Positions 39,115-52,621 of a DNA stretch of 64,000 nt are shown in pieces. Position 1 is the first letter of the stretch; each line of letters starts with the position of its first letter. Source of the stretch: an uncultured Candidatus Woesearchaeota archaeon. Its GTDB lineage: Archaea > Nanobdellota > Nanobdellia > Woesearchaeales > B29-G15. The DNA lies in the NCBI GenBank assembly GCA_903915225.1, contig CAIWSB010000089.1:5835-69834 (forward strand). Direction: 5' to 3'. Below the pieces are notes generated by a model that did not search any database, was not told the origin of the DNA, and saw only the letters and a program-made list of their open reading frames with translations. The translations under genes were made by a program, and so were the position numbers.

Positions 39115-40505
39115 TTTCTTTTCGAGCGGCCCCTTCTAAGCATATCCCTAAGCCTATAATCTGGGTTGAGTTTTTTCTCTTTTTTGAACTTCCAGGTTAT
39201 ACCCACAAAAACAAGAAGGACAACAAATACTGCGATGTACCATTTGTACTTGGAGAAAAAGCTTTGCTGTTGCCTAACCCTTCCGAAACCTGTAGTAGAT
39301 GCTGAGGCTCCTGAAGTGGTGGAAGCTACTGATGAATTTTGCTGATTCATCTCAACCTGCTTATCCACCACCAATCTATTTCCCATAGTGTCGGTGTAAG
39401 CAACTTGAACTTTCAGTACGCCCTGCGATTGGGAAGTTGATTGGGGCGCTGAAGGCGTTGTAGCGGAGGCTCTATTTCTGCCTGTCGAGCTGCCTTGGGA
39501 TATTTGGGATGTAGTTTGAGTTACTGCAAAGCTGGCCACCGTGTAATCCCCCTTATTTAGGTTGCCCACAATCATGGAGTTTGAGCTAGTAACACGCCAT
39601 CCTGGCTGCCGGGGCACTATGACAGAGACAGATAGAGCGGGGTTGCTCCCAACGTTTGATACTGTGAAAGACACCTGGCCCCCAGAGCTTTCCGAGAAGG
39701 CAACGTCAAAATCAGTGCTGCCACCAATGTAAACACCTGCAATGGTGTTTATTTCCTTTTCACTTTTATTAATTGTATCATAGTATGCGAGGTGCAATGA
39801 GAGCTGGTACAAACCTGAATCTGCGTTTGTGTCTGGGATCACCTGGTACTGCAAATCAGCACTGCCGCCCACATCGATATACTTTATGTACTTTGTATTG
39901 TCGCTGCCAACCGGGAGGATTACTTTGTCTGCATTTTCCCAACTGAATGTCAGATCGCGGAGAGGGGAACTGCCAACATTATTAATCCTAAACCTTATTG
40001 AGTCCTGTTTTCCAGGGATTAAAACTGTCTTATCAATAGAAACCACTTCTGCGCTCTGCTGGCTTTGAACCACGATGTTCATTAATTGTATTACTGCTGA
40101 TGACTCTAACCCTTCCTCGTATTGCTTTATGTTTAATCCATATTGCCCTGCAGTTGCGTCCTTGTCAACCTTAACCTTGAAGCTCACAACTTTTTTCTCG
40201 CTGTCGTACTGGTACGCATTGAGGGTCTCAATTTTTGTTATGTAATTCTCCCCAGCTAGCGCACTAAATGGGTATTTTGGCACGAACTCCAACATGAAGT
40301 TCTCAACCCCTACTCCGCCGCGATTCTCAACCCCCAGCCTCACTTCAAAAACATCTCCTGCAAGCGCAGGGTCCGGGTCTTGATTAAGTAGGCTCACGAC
40401 CACTGCTTTATCGCCGCTGATGTCAGCACGGGCTGAAAAAGAGAGAAGTGTAAAAAGTACCATCATAAGCATGCATATAGTAATCGTTTTTCTCATGTTC
40501 ATCAC
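39111..40505 (-). CDS. Secreted Ser/Thr-rich protein with a C-terminal TM anchor, co-operonic with the ABC transporter.
   Basis: Signal peptide, an S/T-rich low-complexity region, and a C-terminal hydrophobic helix plus basic tail. 4-nt overlaps couple it to the genes on both sides. Confidence 0.5.
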   Translation of the reverse strand: MMNMRKTITICMLMMVLFTLLSFSARADISGDKAVVVSLLNQDPDPALAGDVFEVRLGVENRGGVGVENFMLEFVPKYPFSALAGENYITKIETLNAYQYDSEKKVVSFKVKVDKDATAGQYGLNIKQYEEGLESSAVIQLMNIVVQSQQSAEVVSIDKTVLIPGKQDSIRFRINNVGSSPLRDLTFSWENADKVILPVGSDNTKYIKYIDVGGSADLQYQVIPDTNADSGLYQLSLHLAYYDTINKSEKEINTIAGVYIGGSTDFDVAFSESSGGQVSFTVSNVGSNPALSVSVIVPRQPGWRVTSSNSMIVGNLNKGDYTVASFAVTQTTSQISQGSSTGRNRASATTPSAPQSTSQSQGVLKVQVAYTDTMGNRLVVDKQVEMNQQNSSVASTTSGASASTTGFGRVRQQQSFFSKYKWYIAVFVVLLVFVGITWKFKKEKKLNPDYRLRDMLRRGRSKRK

Positions 40506-40508
40506 CTT

Positions 40509-41198
40509 TTAATTCTTCTTCATCTTTATTATTTGGCCATCTGCCAGCTCAATTGTTGTATGGGCAAATTGAGCAAGTTTAAGGTCATGTGTTACCATAA
40601 TAATGGTCTTTCCGCCTGTCTTCCAGAGCTGGCGAAACATCTCCATGATGCTTTTACCAGTAACGCTGTCCAGGTTGCCAGTTGGCTCATCTGCCAGGAT
40701 TATCTCTGGGTTTGTAACCATGCTGCGGGCAATTGAAACCCTCTGCTGCTGTCCTCCAGAGAGCTGGGTTGGAAGATTGTGAAGCTTGTCACCTAGCCCA
40801 ACCTCATTCAGGATTTTCCTAGCTTTGACAATTGCCTCTCTATCATCATACTCCAGAAATTCCAGGGGAAGCATTACATTGTCAAATGCACTAATGGATG
40901 GAATTAGGTTATACTGCTGGAAAATAAAACCGATTGTCCTGCCCCGGAGGGTTGCTAGATCTGATTCAGACATCTTGGTAATATCACGGTTTTTTAGAAA
41001 AATGTTCCCTTTTGTGGGGATATCAAGGCACCCAATGAGGTTCATCATTGTGGACTTGCCGCTGCCTGATGCACCGACGATTACAACAAAATCTCCCTTG
41101 CTAATCTCAACACTAACGCCCCGAAGTGCTGGCACTTCCACCTCGCCCATCTTGTAGATTTTCCAAACATTCTCCAATTGGAGGAGCTTGTCCATCAT
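40509..41198 (-). CDS. ABC transporter ATP-binding protein (MacB/LolD-like).
   Basis: Walker [10 protein letters not shown], signature [15 protein letters not shown], Walker [12 protein letters not shown]. Confidence 0.85.
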   Translation of the reverse strand: MMDKLLQLENVWKIYKMGEVEVPALRGVSVEISKGDFVVIVGASGSGKSTMMNLIGCLDIPTKGNIFLKNRDITKMSESDLATLRGRTIGFIFQQYNLIPSISAFDNVMLPLEFLEYDDREAIVKARKILNEVGLGDKLHNLPTQLSGGQQQRVSIARSMVTNPEIILADEPTGNLDSVTGKSIMEMFRQLWKTGGKTIIMVTHDLKLAQFAHTTIELADGQIIKMKKN

Positions 41199-41566
41199 CC
41201 CTGCCTCCTGGTCCTGTTAATCGTGCAAAGCAGCTTGTTGTCGCTGGTTTTGCAAATCCCCCTCATTTCAGGAGTACGTGAATCCGGCGGGCATACTTCT
41301 CCTTCGCTCTTTCCATTGCATGCTGCCTGCTCCATTTCCGCAAATCTTTGTCTCATAGTATCATTTAAGGGATTCATCGTTCTGTTAAATCTTGGAACTC
41401 CACCGGGAGGCATGCCTTGAGGGCTACCTCTAGCATTATGTGAGGGTTTTGCTAATTTTGTGTTATTGGAAATCACCTGTTGGGAATCCATCTTAGATGA
41501 GCAGCCATACAAGAATGGAAAGGAAATAAACATAATTAGAATTAAAATTGGAATTGCATTCTTCAT
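41195..41566 (-). CDS. Small secreted/lipoprotein-like Cys-containing protein.
   Basis: The probable start is MKNAIPILILIMFISFPFLYGCSS (lipobox-like LYGC), 48 nt downstream of the ORF-track start at 41614. It overlaps the ABC ATPase start by 4 nt. Confidence 0.4.
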   Translation of the reverse strand: MKNAIPILILIMFISFPFLYGCSSKMDSQQVISNNTKLAKPSHNARGSPQGMPPGGVPRFNRTMNPLNDTMRQRFAEMEQAACNGKSEGEVCPPDSRTPEMRGICKTSDNKLLCTINRTRRQG

Positions 41567-41699
41567 TGTCCATTTCCTCGCGTGATTTCCATGTTCTGGC
41601 TGTCTCAAGTTCATTTATTTATAAGCATAGTGGACTTATCATCCACATTTCTAAAAAAAAGTGCATTAAAAGTCCACATAATTTATAAATAAGCAAATT

Positions 41700-42389
41700 G
41701 TGAGCAGAAAGGTGGTAAATATAACTCCCCAATTTCCCCAGCCATTCCTGCCAATAGGTTTCGGTCTGGAGCTATTTTATACAATAATAATTGTGGTTTT
41801 TTGCTTTCTGGTGTACTTCAAAACCCGTGAGATTTACGAGCTGACCAAGCACCGTGGAGTGGAGTTCTTCAGGTACGCCTTCCTCTTCTTTGGGCTGGCC
41901 TATGCCTCAAGGCTGCTCATATACATGGCAGTTGTGGGCAATTTGCTATGGTTCGAACCTTTCCGAGGGACAAGGCTCATGCTACCTGTCTCTCACTTAG
42001 TTATGGCCTATTTCAGCACCACAGCCATACTCTTCCTCACATACAGCACAATCTGGAAAAAATTCAGCATTGAGCATTTCCTCATGTTTTCCAGCATCAT
42101 CTCTCTTTTCGTTTCAGTCATCGCATTCATTTCAATGTCCCCTCTCACTGTATCATTAATCCAGCTGGTCTTGCTAGCAGTGACCTTGATTTTCAGCCTC
42201 AAGGTCAAAACAAACAAGAGGAACCATATGAGGGCTTTGTATTTCCTCATCGCTATGTTCTGGCTCCTAAGTTTATTCGTGATAGATAGTCCGAGGCATA
42301 TGCCCTTCTGGGGAGATGTAACGCTACAGGCAATCTCGCTCATTGTGTTCTTTGCCATTGTCTATAAGGTCTATAAATGGGCAAAATGA
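41700..42389 (+). CDS. Polytopic membrane protein (~6 TM), hypothetical, with a GTG start.
   Basis: Highly hydrophobic 229 aa ORF starting at GTG 41700. Confidence 0.5.
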   Translation: MSRKVVNITPQFPQPFLPIGFGLELFYTIIIVVFCFLVYFKTREIYELTKHRGVEFFRYAFLFFGLAYASRLLIYMAVVGNLLWFEPFRGTRLMLPVSHLVMAYFSTTAILFLTYSTIWKKFSIEHFLMFSSIISLFVSVIAFISMSPLTVSLIQLVLLAVTLIFSLKVKTNKRNHMRALYFLIAMFWLLSLFVIDSPRHMPFWGDVTLQAISLIVFFAIVYKVYKWAK

Positions 42390-42661
42390 CCAAAAAGAGG
42401 GACCGGCTCGAGGTTATTTTTGATTTCTTAAGGATAATACAGGATAATCAAAACTCAATAAAGCGAACCCCGCTGCTGAGAAGAACAAATCTCTCAAGCC
42501 AAAGCTTTTCAGAATATTTTGATGAACTGCTAAAGAAGGATTTCATACGGGAGATTCACAACAACAAGGGTAGGCGGTACATAACCCTCACAGATCGTGG
42601 ATTTCGGTTCCTCAGCAAGTTTAAGATGATACGCGGCTTTATCGAGGAGTTTGAGCTGTAG
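42377..42661 (+). CDS. Small winged-helix DNA-binding protein.
   Basis: 94 aa, basic, wHTH-like (...RRYITLTDRGFRFLSKF...). It overlaps the upstream membrane protein gene by 13 nt. Confidence 0.5.
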   Translation: MGKMTKKRDRLEVIFDFLRIIQDNQNSIKRTPLLRRTNLSSQSFSEYFDELLKKDFIREIHNNKGRRYITLTDRGFRFLSKFKMIRGFIEEFEL

Positions 42662-42675
42662 TTCAAAGGTTTTCT

Positions 42676-42786
42676 GCAGACATCAACAACTTTGGCGGCC
42701 TACGGTCAAAATCGCTTCTGCGATTTTGCCCTATTCGCCACCCCGTAGGGGGCGTCCCCCGGTTCATTGGCGCCTTTGTTGCTGCT
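42676..42786 (+). repeat. Intergenic structured repeat element, copy B.
   Basis: GCAGACATCAACAACTTTGGCGGCCTACGG..CAAAATCGC-TTCT-GCGATTTTG..CGCCACCCCGTAGGGGGCG..GGCGCCTTTGTTGCTGC. Confidence 0.6.
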
Positions 42787-42884
42787 CGTTGTTTATTAAT
42801 TATTCCTCTGTAGGGAAGCTTTATAATTTTGCTCAGATTAATACAAATGGGGCAAAAGGGGTTGAACGTTAAGGTGCTAGATAT

Positions 42885-43850
42885 ATGTATCCAACTAAAT
42901 TCATCCTCAATCCACGCGCGGGCGGTTTCTCGGGGCTAGAAAAAAGAATAAAGGATGTTGTGGCCCACTCAAAAGGAAGCGAAATCCTATATTCTAAGCT
43001 CACTGAACATGGGGAAGTTAAGATTGACGGCTTCAAACTTGACCTGAGGCCGAGTGCAATCTTAGGTGGTGATGGGACACAAAGCAGCGTCATTAACTTT
43101 ATAAAAAAGGCCTATGAAGAAGCTGGCTCTGAATGCCCGGCGTTCTTTCCCATGCCATGCGGCACTGGCAATGGCATTAAAGTTGGGCTTGGGCTTAGGC
43201 AAGAGCCTGCAAGGCTTCTCGAGATGTATGCTTCTGAAAGAATGCAAGCAAGGGAGATTGATCTCATAGAGATGGTTGAACACGACCAATCAAAATATGT
43301 CGTAAATATTTTCGACGCAGGTTTTGTTCCAGATGTGCTCAAAACACGCAACGCAATTATGCTAGAGCATCCTGCTGATCCCGCCTATAACCGCAAGATG
43401 TTTGTTTTGCAGTACACCTGGGCTGCACTAAGAGTTTTGCAGAGCAACACCAGCTACAACTTCTCCAGAATTGAACTTGATGGAAAACAACAAAACAACA
43501 AAAACGTGAAACTTATTACCCTGGGGAACGGACTCTGCTATTCCTCAAAGCCAGGCATGTACCCCTTAGTGCTGGCAATGATTGACGACGGTAAGATTTC
43601 TAGCGCAATCCTTAGGATTGGCAACAATCCACTCACATTTTGGGGCAAGGCAGTTGTTTCAGGAGTGCTAATGGCCCTAAGGATTCCAAACCCTGCAACC
43701 AAATACAGGGACTGTGAAGAGGTCTTGTTTGAGGGTAAGGACATCCCCTGCGAGGTTGACGGGGAATACATTGGCAGGCGAGACTCGCTCTACTTCAGAA
43801 TAAAAAAGGCTAAAGAGAAAAAGGGGATAAAGGTTTATGTGCCTGCCTAG
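42885..43850 (+). CDS. Diacylglycerol kinase catalytic-domain lipid kinase (YegS/DAGK family).
   Basis: N-terminus FILNPRAG plus the GGDGT motif ([11 protein letters not shown]). 321 aa. Confidence 0.7.
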   Translation: MYPTKFILNPRAGGFSGLEKRIKDVVAHSKGSEILYSKLTEHGEVKIDGFKLDLRPSAILGGDGTQSSVINFIKKAYEEAGSECPAFFPMPCGTGNGIKVGLGLRQEPARLLEMYASERMQAREIDLIEMVEHDQSKYVVNIFDAGFVPDVLKTRNAIMLEHPADPAYNRKMFVLQYTWAALRVLQSNTSYNFSRIELDGKQQNNKNVKLITLGNGLCYSSKPGMYPLVLAMIDDGKISSAILRIGNNPLTFWGKAVVSGVLMALRIPNPATKYRDCEEVLFEGKDIPCEVDGEYIGRRDSLYFRIKKAKEKKGIKVYVPA

Positions 43851-44284
43851 CGCCTGGCTTTCTCTATTTTGCCCCTGATGAGGGCATTCAGGCTCTGGTC
43901 GTTCACTTTGATGACCTGCCACCTGACTCCAGGGATATCGCCTTTGGCGCGCCCCTTTCTGCCGCCAATGCACTCAACAATAATTTCGTCGTGCTCGTCA
44001 ATAAACTTTATTGCGCCGTTGCCTGGTGCAAATGCAGTAACCTGCTTGCTGTTCTTAATCAGCTGTACACGCACGCACTTTCTCATGGCTGAGTTGGGCT
44101 GCTTTGCCTCAAGCTGAATCTTTTCAAGCACAATACCACGAGCCTGGGAGCTACCACGGAGTGGATCTGACTTCTCCTTCAGCTTCAGGGCTTTTCTCTT
44201 GTAATTGGAGTCCATCCAGCGGCCCTTTTTCCTTCTCCTGACCAGCATCTTGGCTGCGTTTAATCCCGTAGTTTTTCGTCCCAT
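43847..44284 (-). CDS. rps12: 30S ribosomal protein S12 (uS12).
   Basis: [13 protein letters not shown]...[11 protein letters not shown]...[12 protein letters not shown]...[14 protein letters not shown], which is the uS12 signature. Confidence 0.9.
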   Translation of the reverse strand: MGRKTTGLNAAKMLVRRRKKGRWMDSNYKRKALKLKEKSDPLRGSSQARGIVLEKIQLEAKQPNSAMRKCVRVQLIKNSKQVTAFAPGNGAIKFIDEHDEIIVECIGGRKGRAKGDIPGVRWQVIKVNDQSLNALIRGKIEKARR

Positions 44285-44285
44285 T

Positions 44286-44705
44286 TTATTTGACCTTGAT
44301 TTCCTTGATGTCGAAGTAACGCTGAGCGATGCTCTCGTAGTTTCTCAGGTTCTTGCCGCTTTTTCCTATCAGCAAGCCCTTAACTCCCGTGTCCTCGCTC
44401 TTGAGTGTGACAATATTTTCCTCGACGGTGATATTGTCAACCTTATAGGGGAGAATGAGGTTCTTTATAAACTTAATTAAATCCTCGCTATCCTCAACAA
44501 TCTTTATCTTCTTGTTGAATTTCTCAGCCACCATCTTGGCTGTTGTGCCGTGCTTGCCAAGAGCACGGGCTATGTAGCCCTCCTGAACCAGGAACACAAG
44601 CACTCCGTTCTTATCAGTAAAACAGTCCTTCAGCTTAGCCTGTGTGAGCTTCTCAAACAGGGTTATGTATCCAATTGTGATAGAATCAAATTTAATGTTA
44701 ACCAA
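44286..44705 (-). CDS. nusA: Archaeal NusA-like transcription termination factor (two KH domains).
   Basis: 139 aa KH-domain protein (GKHGTTAK..., LIGKSGKNL) in the conserved slot between L30e and S12. Confidence 0.75.
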   Translation of the reverse strand: MVNIKFDSITIGYITLFEKLTQAKLKDCFTDKNGVLVFLVQEGYIARALGKHGTTAKMVAEKFNKKIKIVEDSEDLIKFIKNLILPYKVDNITVEENIVTLKSEDTGVKGLLIGKSGKNLRNYESIAQRYFDIKEIKVK

Positions 44706-44706
44706 T

Positions 44707-44970
44707 TTACACCACGAAACCGATTAATGATATGCCGAAGCTCTTCTTGCACAGCGCGCCAAGGTCCATGTTGGTGAGCTTACTCTCCTCAACCTTAAGC
44801 CCTGCTGCTTCGCACAGCAGTACAGCCTCTTTCTTCATTACCGGGCTGCAGTTGGCTGCCAGAATTACCCTTGAGAGTTTCCCTTGCTTGAGTTTCTTCA
44901 GAACAATGTTGCTCCCTATCACAACCACTTTTTTCTCAATCCCTGCTTTGATTTCATCCTCCATTGCCAT
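44707..44970 (-). CDS. rpl30e: 50S ribosomal protein L30e (eL30).
   Basis: 87 aa protein containing KLSRVILAANCSP...GISLIGFVV, in the conserved position after rpoA''. Confidence 0.8.
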   Translation of the reverse strand: MAMEDEIKAGIEKKVVVIGSNIVLKKLKQGKLSRVILAANCSPVMKKEAVLLCEAAGLKVEESKLTNMDLGALCKKSFGISLIGFVV

Positions 44971-44971
44971 T

Positions 44972-48695
<3,724 letters not shown>

Positions 48696-48709
48696 TTTTT
48701 TTCACTCCG

Positions 48710-50512
48710 CTAGTACTTGTCACCCAGCACTAGCTTGGGGTAAATGCACAGGGCCTTGAGTTCGTCAAGCAGGAGCTTGAATGCATAGGACATCTCCACA
48801 AACTCAATCTTCCCGTCATCACCGCAGACTGGGCAGTACCTCTTGTTTTTGTAGGAATCAAAGATTGCTACCATGCCGCATTTCTCGCACACAGGCACGA
48901 CAGTGTCGTCTGAATCAAACCTCTCCTTGAGCAGCATCGAGGCTCCATGGGCTATGAATGTGTCCTTCTCCATTTCACCCAACCTCAAACCACCGCCCTT
49001 GGCTCGCCCTTCAGTGGGCTGCCTTGTGAGGAGCTGTATCGGTCCACGCGCACGGGCATGAATCTTGTTTGCAACCATGTGCTTCAACTTTAGGTAATAC
49101 ATGTTGCCGATGAAAATTTGAACCTGAAATTGGCGGCCTGTTATTCCATCATACAAAGTCTCAGTGCCGTTCTCCCTGAAGCCCAGGCTGGAGAGCTCTT
49201 TCCTGAGGTCTGCCTGCACTTCGGCATCAAACACTGTTCCGTCAACATATCTCCCGGCTAGTGCGCCTGTCTTACCGCCCAGTAATTCTATTAAATGGGA
49301 AACCGTCATTCTGCTGGGGATACCCATTGGCGAGAAAATTAAATCTGGAGATACTCCTGAGGCACTGAAGGGCATGTCATCTGCTGGCACAATTAGGCCA
49401 ACGACACCTTTTTGCCCGTGCCTGGATGTGAACTTGTCCCCTATTTCTGGGATTCTCTCATCTCTTATCTTGACTTCGACAAGCTTGTTGCCCTCTTCAT
49501 TTTCAGTGAGCACAATTATGTCAACCTTGCCTTTCTCTCCATGTTTCAGATACTCAGAGGATTCACGGCGCGTAGTGCTTGCAAGCTGGTACTCACCCAG
49601 GTTGCTCAGGAATCTTGGTGGTGAAGTCTTGCCAATCACTACTTCACCCTCTCGCACAACAGCCTCGGGGTAGATTATTCCATCTTCCTCAAGCATGCGG
49701 TAATCCTCTTCAGTTTTGTAGCCGCGCACATCCTTGTCTGGAACGCAAATCTCATCCAGCAGGCCTCCTGAATAGCGGAGCTCCTCTGCAATGAGCGGGC
49801 GATAGTAGCTTGAGCGCCCCATGCCTCGCTCAATTGAGCCACCGTTAATTACAATAGCATCCTCCATGTTGTAGCCCTTGTAGCTCATGACCGCCACAAT
49901 CAGGTTCTGTCCCGATGGGTGGCTATCATAGTCCATGAAATCATGCATAATGGTTTTTACAATTGGGCGCTGCGGAGTGTGTATTAGGTTAACATCCATG
50001 TCCATTCTTATCAGGAAGTTTGCAGCATAAAAGCCAAGGGCTTGCTTCTGGTTCTTTGAGCCGGTGTTTACCTTTTGGGTTGTTGAAAAGTTTGAATATG
50101 GCACCAGCGCAGTTATTATCCCAAACATATCAATTGGGTGTATTGCCAAGTGGGTTGTCTCAGGGGTAATCTCCTCCTTAAAGAATGAGACCAGCGCGTT
50201 CTCCTCTTCGGCGGCATCCAGGTACTCAATGATTCCCTGCTCAACCAATTCATTCCAGGAGAGTTTGCCTGCCTCAACCTGCTCAAGGTGTTTGTCTGTC
50301 AGCAGTGGTTTTCCATCTTTGACGACAATCAACGGCCTCCTCAGGCGTCCGGACATGCTCTCCACAAAGACTTCATCAATCCTGGGGTCATAGTGGACGC
50401 TCACGTTTCTGCTAACTGTGCCCTTTCTCCTTTCAGCAATTATCTTTTCAATAAACTGGGTTGGATTGGTAACAGTGCCCATGAATCTCCCGTTAAGTAA
50501 GACGTCTGTCAT
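48710..50512 (-). CDS. rpoB1: DNA-directed RNA polymerase subunit B' (C-terminal part of the split RpoB).
   Basis: GDKFTSRHGQKGV and the C-terminal Zn ribbon CEKCG...CPVCG. Confidence 0.9.
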   Translation of the reverse strand: MTDVLLNGRFMGTVTNPTQFIEKIIAERRKGTVSRNVSVHYDPRIDEVFVESMSGRLRRPLIVVKDGKPLLTDKHLEQVEAGKLSWNELVEQGIIEYLDAAEEENALVSFFKEEITPETTHLAIHPIDMFGIITALVPYSNFSTTQKVNTGSKNQKQALGFYAANFLIRMDMDVNLIHTPQRPIVKTIMHDFMDYDSHPSGQNLIVAVMSYKGYNMEDAIVINGGSIERGMGRSSYYRPLIAEELRYSGGLLDEICVPDKDVRGYKTEEDYRMLEEDGIIYPEAVVREGEVVIGKTSPPRFLSNLGEYQLASTTRRESSEYLKHGEKGKVDIIVLTENEEGNKLVEVKIRDERIPEIGDKFTSRHGQKGVVGLIVPADDMPFSASGVSPDLIFSPMGIPSRMTVSHLIELLGGKTGALAGRYVDGTVFDAEVQADLRKELSSLGFRENGTETLYDGITGRQFQVQIFIGNMYYLKLKHMVANKIHARARGPIQLLTRQPTEGRAKGGGLRLGEMEKDTFIAHGASMLLKERFDSDDTVVPVCEKCGMVAIFDSYKNKRYCPVCGDDGKIEFVEMSYAFKLLLDELKALCIYPKLVLGDKY

Positions 50513-50513
50513 T

Positions 50514-52001
50514 TTATACCACCATGCTCATTCCCAGCTCCTTAAGTCTCTTAAGGAGGTCCTTTTCCTGCTCGAAGTTAGTAATCTCAGTGATAAGCGA
50601 TAGGTTCTTCTTCAGCCCAATGTTTGTACCTTCAGGGGTTTCAATAGGGCAAAGCCTGCCGAAGTGCGTTGGGTGCAGGGCTCGTGCTCGGAAGTTCTCC
50701 TGCTGTGAACTCAACGGAGAGACAACACGCTGGAGGTGAGAAAGCAAATCAAGGTAGTTCCTGCGCTGGATCCTTTGTGAGATTCCTTTCCTTCCACCCA
50801 CCCATGAACCTGTGGCCATTGAACTCTGGATTCTGGAAGTGAGCAGTTTCTCCCGGATTATTACTTTCACAGATGGGAACTTGCCACGCTTGACAATCCT
50901 TTGGAAGTTGTAGAGCAAATCGCTGATGAGCACTTTTAGGTTAACCCTGAAAAGATCTGCTAGCAGGTCCCCTGATTGCTTGACCCTCTTGTTCATGTAG
51001 TGGTCCTTGTCATCAGGTGACAGCATGCCACGCTCAACATAAATAAACTTCTTCATCATTTTACAAATATTATAAGCCTTGAGTTTTCTGGATTTATCAT
51101 CAATTCCAATGTTTGGCAGCAAATACTTGTCCAGCATCTCTGTGATTCTCTCAAGCCTAATCTGCCTTGACTGGGTGATGCCTGCCTTCTTGGCCAGGAA
51201 ATCCATTGCGTCTTCTGAAGTCTTGATGTCAGAGAATTCATAGAGGTTGATGTAAACCTCATCAAGGACTTTGTCTGCTGAAACAGCCTTCATTATCTCC
51301 TCATCCTTGAGCATTCCCAATGCCTTCACTACAATTATCAATGGGACTCTCTGGAGCCTCACAAATGAAATATAGAACAGGCCGTCCTTCAGTCTCTCCA
51401 TGTTGTGGAGAATCTTATATGAGCCTCGCTCAGAGAATACTCGCCCGGTTAGTTCGCTAGGGCCTGTGGAGCTACGCTCAACCATGAAATGGTTGCTGGC
51501 CAAATCCTCAACTTTAACCAGGACTTTTTCTGAGCCGTTGATTATGAAGTACCCTCCAGGGTCATCTTTATCCTCGCCAGCCTCAACAAGCTGCTCTGGC
51601 TTGAGGCCATGCAGGTTGCAGTACTTCGACTTGAGCATTATCGGTATCTTACCAACCTGAGTTTCAAAATTCTCGCGCTGTGTTCCGTTAATGTATGAGC
51701 TCACGGTGAGATAGATAGGAGCAGAATAACTGATTTTCCTAATCCTAGCCTCAATTGGCATGATGGGGCGCTTGGAGCCATCAGCTTCTGTGATCTCGGG
51801 TTTGCCCACCTTAATTTTCTCAAGTCGGATTTTGAACTCCTCAATGTTGGCGGGGATAATTGTTGGTGTTATTTCTCGGTTTTCATCAATTATCCTCTGG
51901 AGCTCGAAGTCGATGAAATTGTTGAAGGAGTCAATGTCCGACTGGACAAAGGATTTGTCTTGAAAGTATCTCTTAAGTAAAATTCGACCTTCTTTAAGCA
52001 C
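50514..52001 (-). CDS. rpoB2: DNA-directed RNA polymerase subunit B'' (N-terminal part of the split RpoB).
   Basis: Homology to the N-terminal half of RpoB (...SDIDSFNNFID...). The likely start is GTG at 52001, 4 nt after the rpoH stop. The ORF-track start at 52085 would overlap rpoH by 92 nt. Confidence 0.85.
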   Translation of the reverse strand: MLKEGRILLKRYFQDKSFVQSDIDSFNNFIDFELQRIIDENREITPTIIPANIEEFKIRLEKIKVGKPEITEADGSKRPIMPIEARIRKISYSAPIYLTVSSYINGTQRENFETQVGKIPIMLKSKYCNLHGLKPEQLVEAGEDKDDPGGYFIINGSEKVLVKVEDLASNHFMVERSSTGPSELTGRVFSERGSYKILHNMERLKDGLFYISFVRLQRVPLIIVVKALGMLKDEEIMKAVSADKVLDEVYINLYEFSDIKTSEDAMDFLAKKAGITQSRQIRLERITEMLDKYLLPNIGIDDKSRKLKAYNICKMMKKFIYVERGMLSPDDKDHYMNKRVKQSGDLLADLFRVNLKVLISDLLYNFQRIVKRGKFPSVKVIIREKLLTSRIQSSMATGSWVGGRKGISQRIQRRNYLDLLSHLQRVVSPLSSQQENFRARALHPTHFGRLCPIETPEGTNIGLKKNLSLITEITNFEQEKDLLKRLKELGMSMVV

Positions 52002-52230
52002 GGGACACCACCCTGTAGAAGTGTGCCACACCAGCAGTTGGGCTTCTCCTTTCAATCTTAATAATATCCCCGGATTCGGGGTCAAGATCCTTTATTGCAG
52101 GATCAGAAATGAAAATCCTCGGGAGATGCTCTCTCCTCAGGTTGTTCTTTTCTAGCAACTGTTTTGCCTCGGAGTCCGAGAGTTTAGTGTGGTTTGGGAC
52201 AAGTATGTGTTTCGCAGGTTTTTTTTCCAT
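51994..52230 (-). CDS. rpoH: DNA-directed RNA polymerase subunit H (Rpb5-like).
   Basis: 78 aa protein containing HILVPNHTKLSDSEAKQLL...DPAIKDL...GDIIKIERRSPTAGVAHFYRVV. Confidence 0.85.
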   Translation of the reverse strand: MEKKPAKHILVPNHTKLSDSEAKQLLEKNNLRREHLPRIFISDPAIKDLDPESGDIIKIERRSPTAGVAHFYRVVSRA

Positions 52231-52259
52231 AATCCATCGTTCCCTTGCTGATAATCAAA

Positions 52260-52364
52260 TGGGTCGGACGAGATTTTCAAGTCCCGGCCGGACGGCGAGG
52301 ACAATTCGAACTCGCGACCTCTTGATTAAAAGTCAAGCGCTCTGCCAAGCTGAGCTACCGACCC
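52260..52364 (-). tRNA. tRNA-Lys (anticodon UUU) with a putative ~31 nt non-canonical intron directly after the T-loop.
   Basis: Minus strand: GGGTCGG-TA-GCTCAGCTTGGCAGAGC-G-CTTGA-CTTTTAA-TCAAG-AGGTC-GCGAG-TTCGAAT-[TGTCCTCGCCGTCCGGCCGGGACTTGAAAAT]-CTCGT-CCGACCC-A. Confidence 0.65.
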
Positions 52365-52383
52365 ATTTTTTAAATAGGTTATA

Positions 52384-52491
52384 CGCCCCGGCCGGGATTT
52401 TTGCTCCCCGTAACTTTGTGTCGCGGGAAAGATTCGAACCCGGGTCAAAGCCTCGACAGGGCTTTATGATAGGCCGACTACACCACCAGGG
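52384..52491 (-). tRNA. tRNA-Asp (anticodon GUC) with a putative ~35 nt non-canonical intron after the T-loop.
   Basis: Minus strand: GCCCTGG-TG-GTGTAGTCGGCCTATCAT-A-AAGCC-CTGTCGA-GGCTT-TGAC-CCGGG-TTCGAAT-[CTTTCCCGCGACACAAAGTTACGGGGAGCAAAAAT]-CCCGG-CCGGGGC-G. The D-arm closely resembles known archaeal tRNA-Asp. Confidence 0.65.
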
Positions 52492-52621
52492 CGTGCTCAC
52501 TTTGTACCGTATCCTCTACAAACTGTGCGTTCGCGTAGTTTACAGAAGATAAGATACCCCATTTTCCAATGTGATTTCTAGTTCCTTTATAAAGTTTTCT
52601 CCTCATATTGAGGAGAATGAG

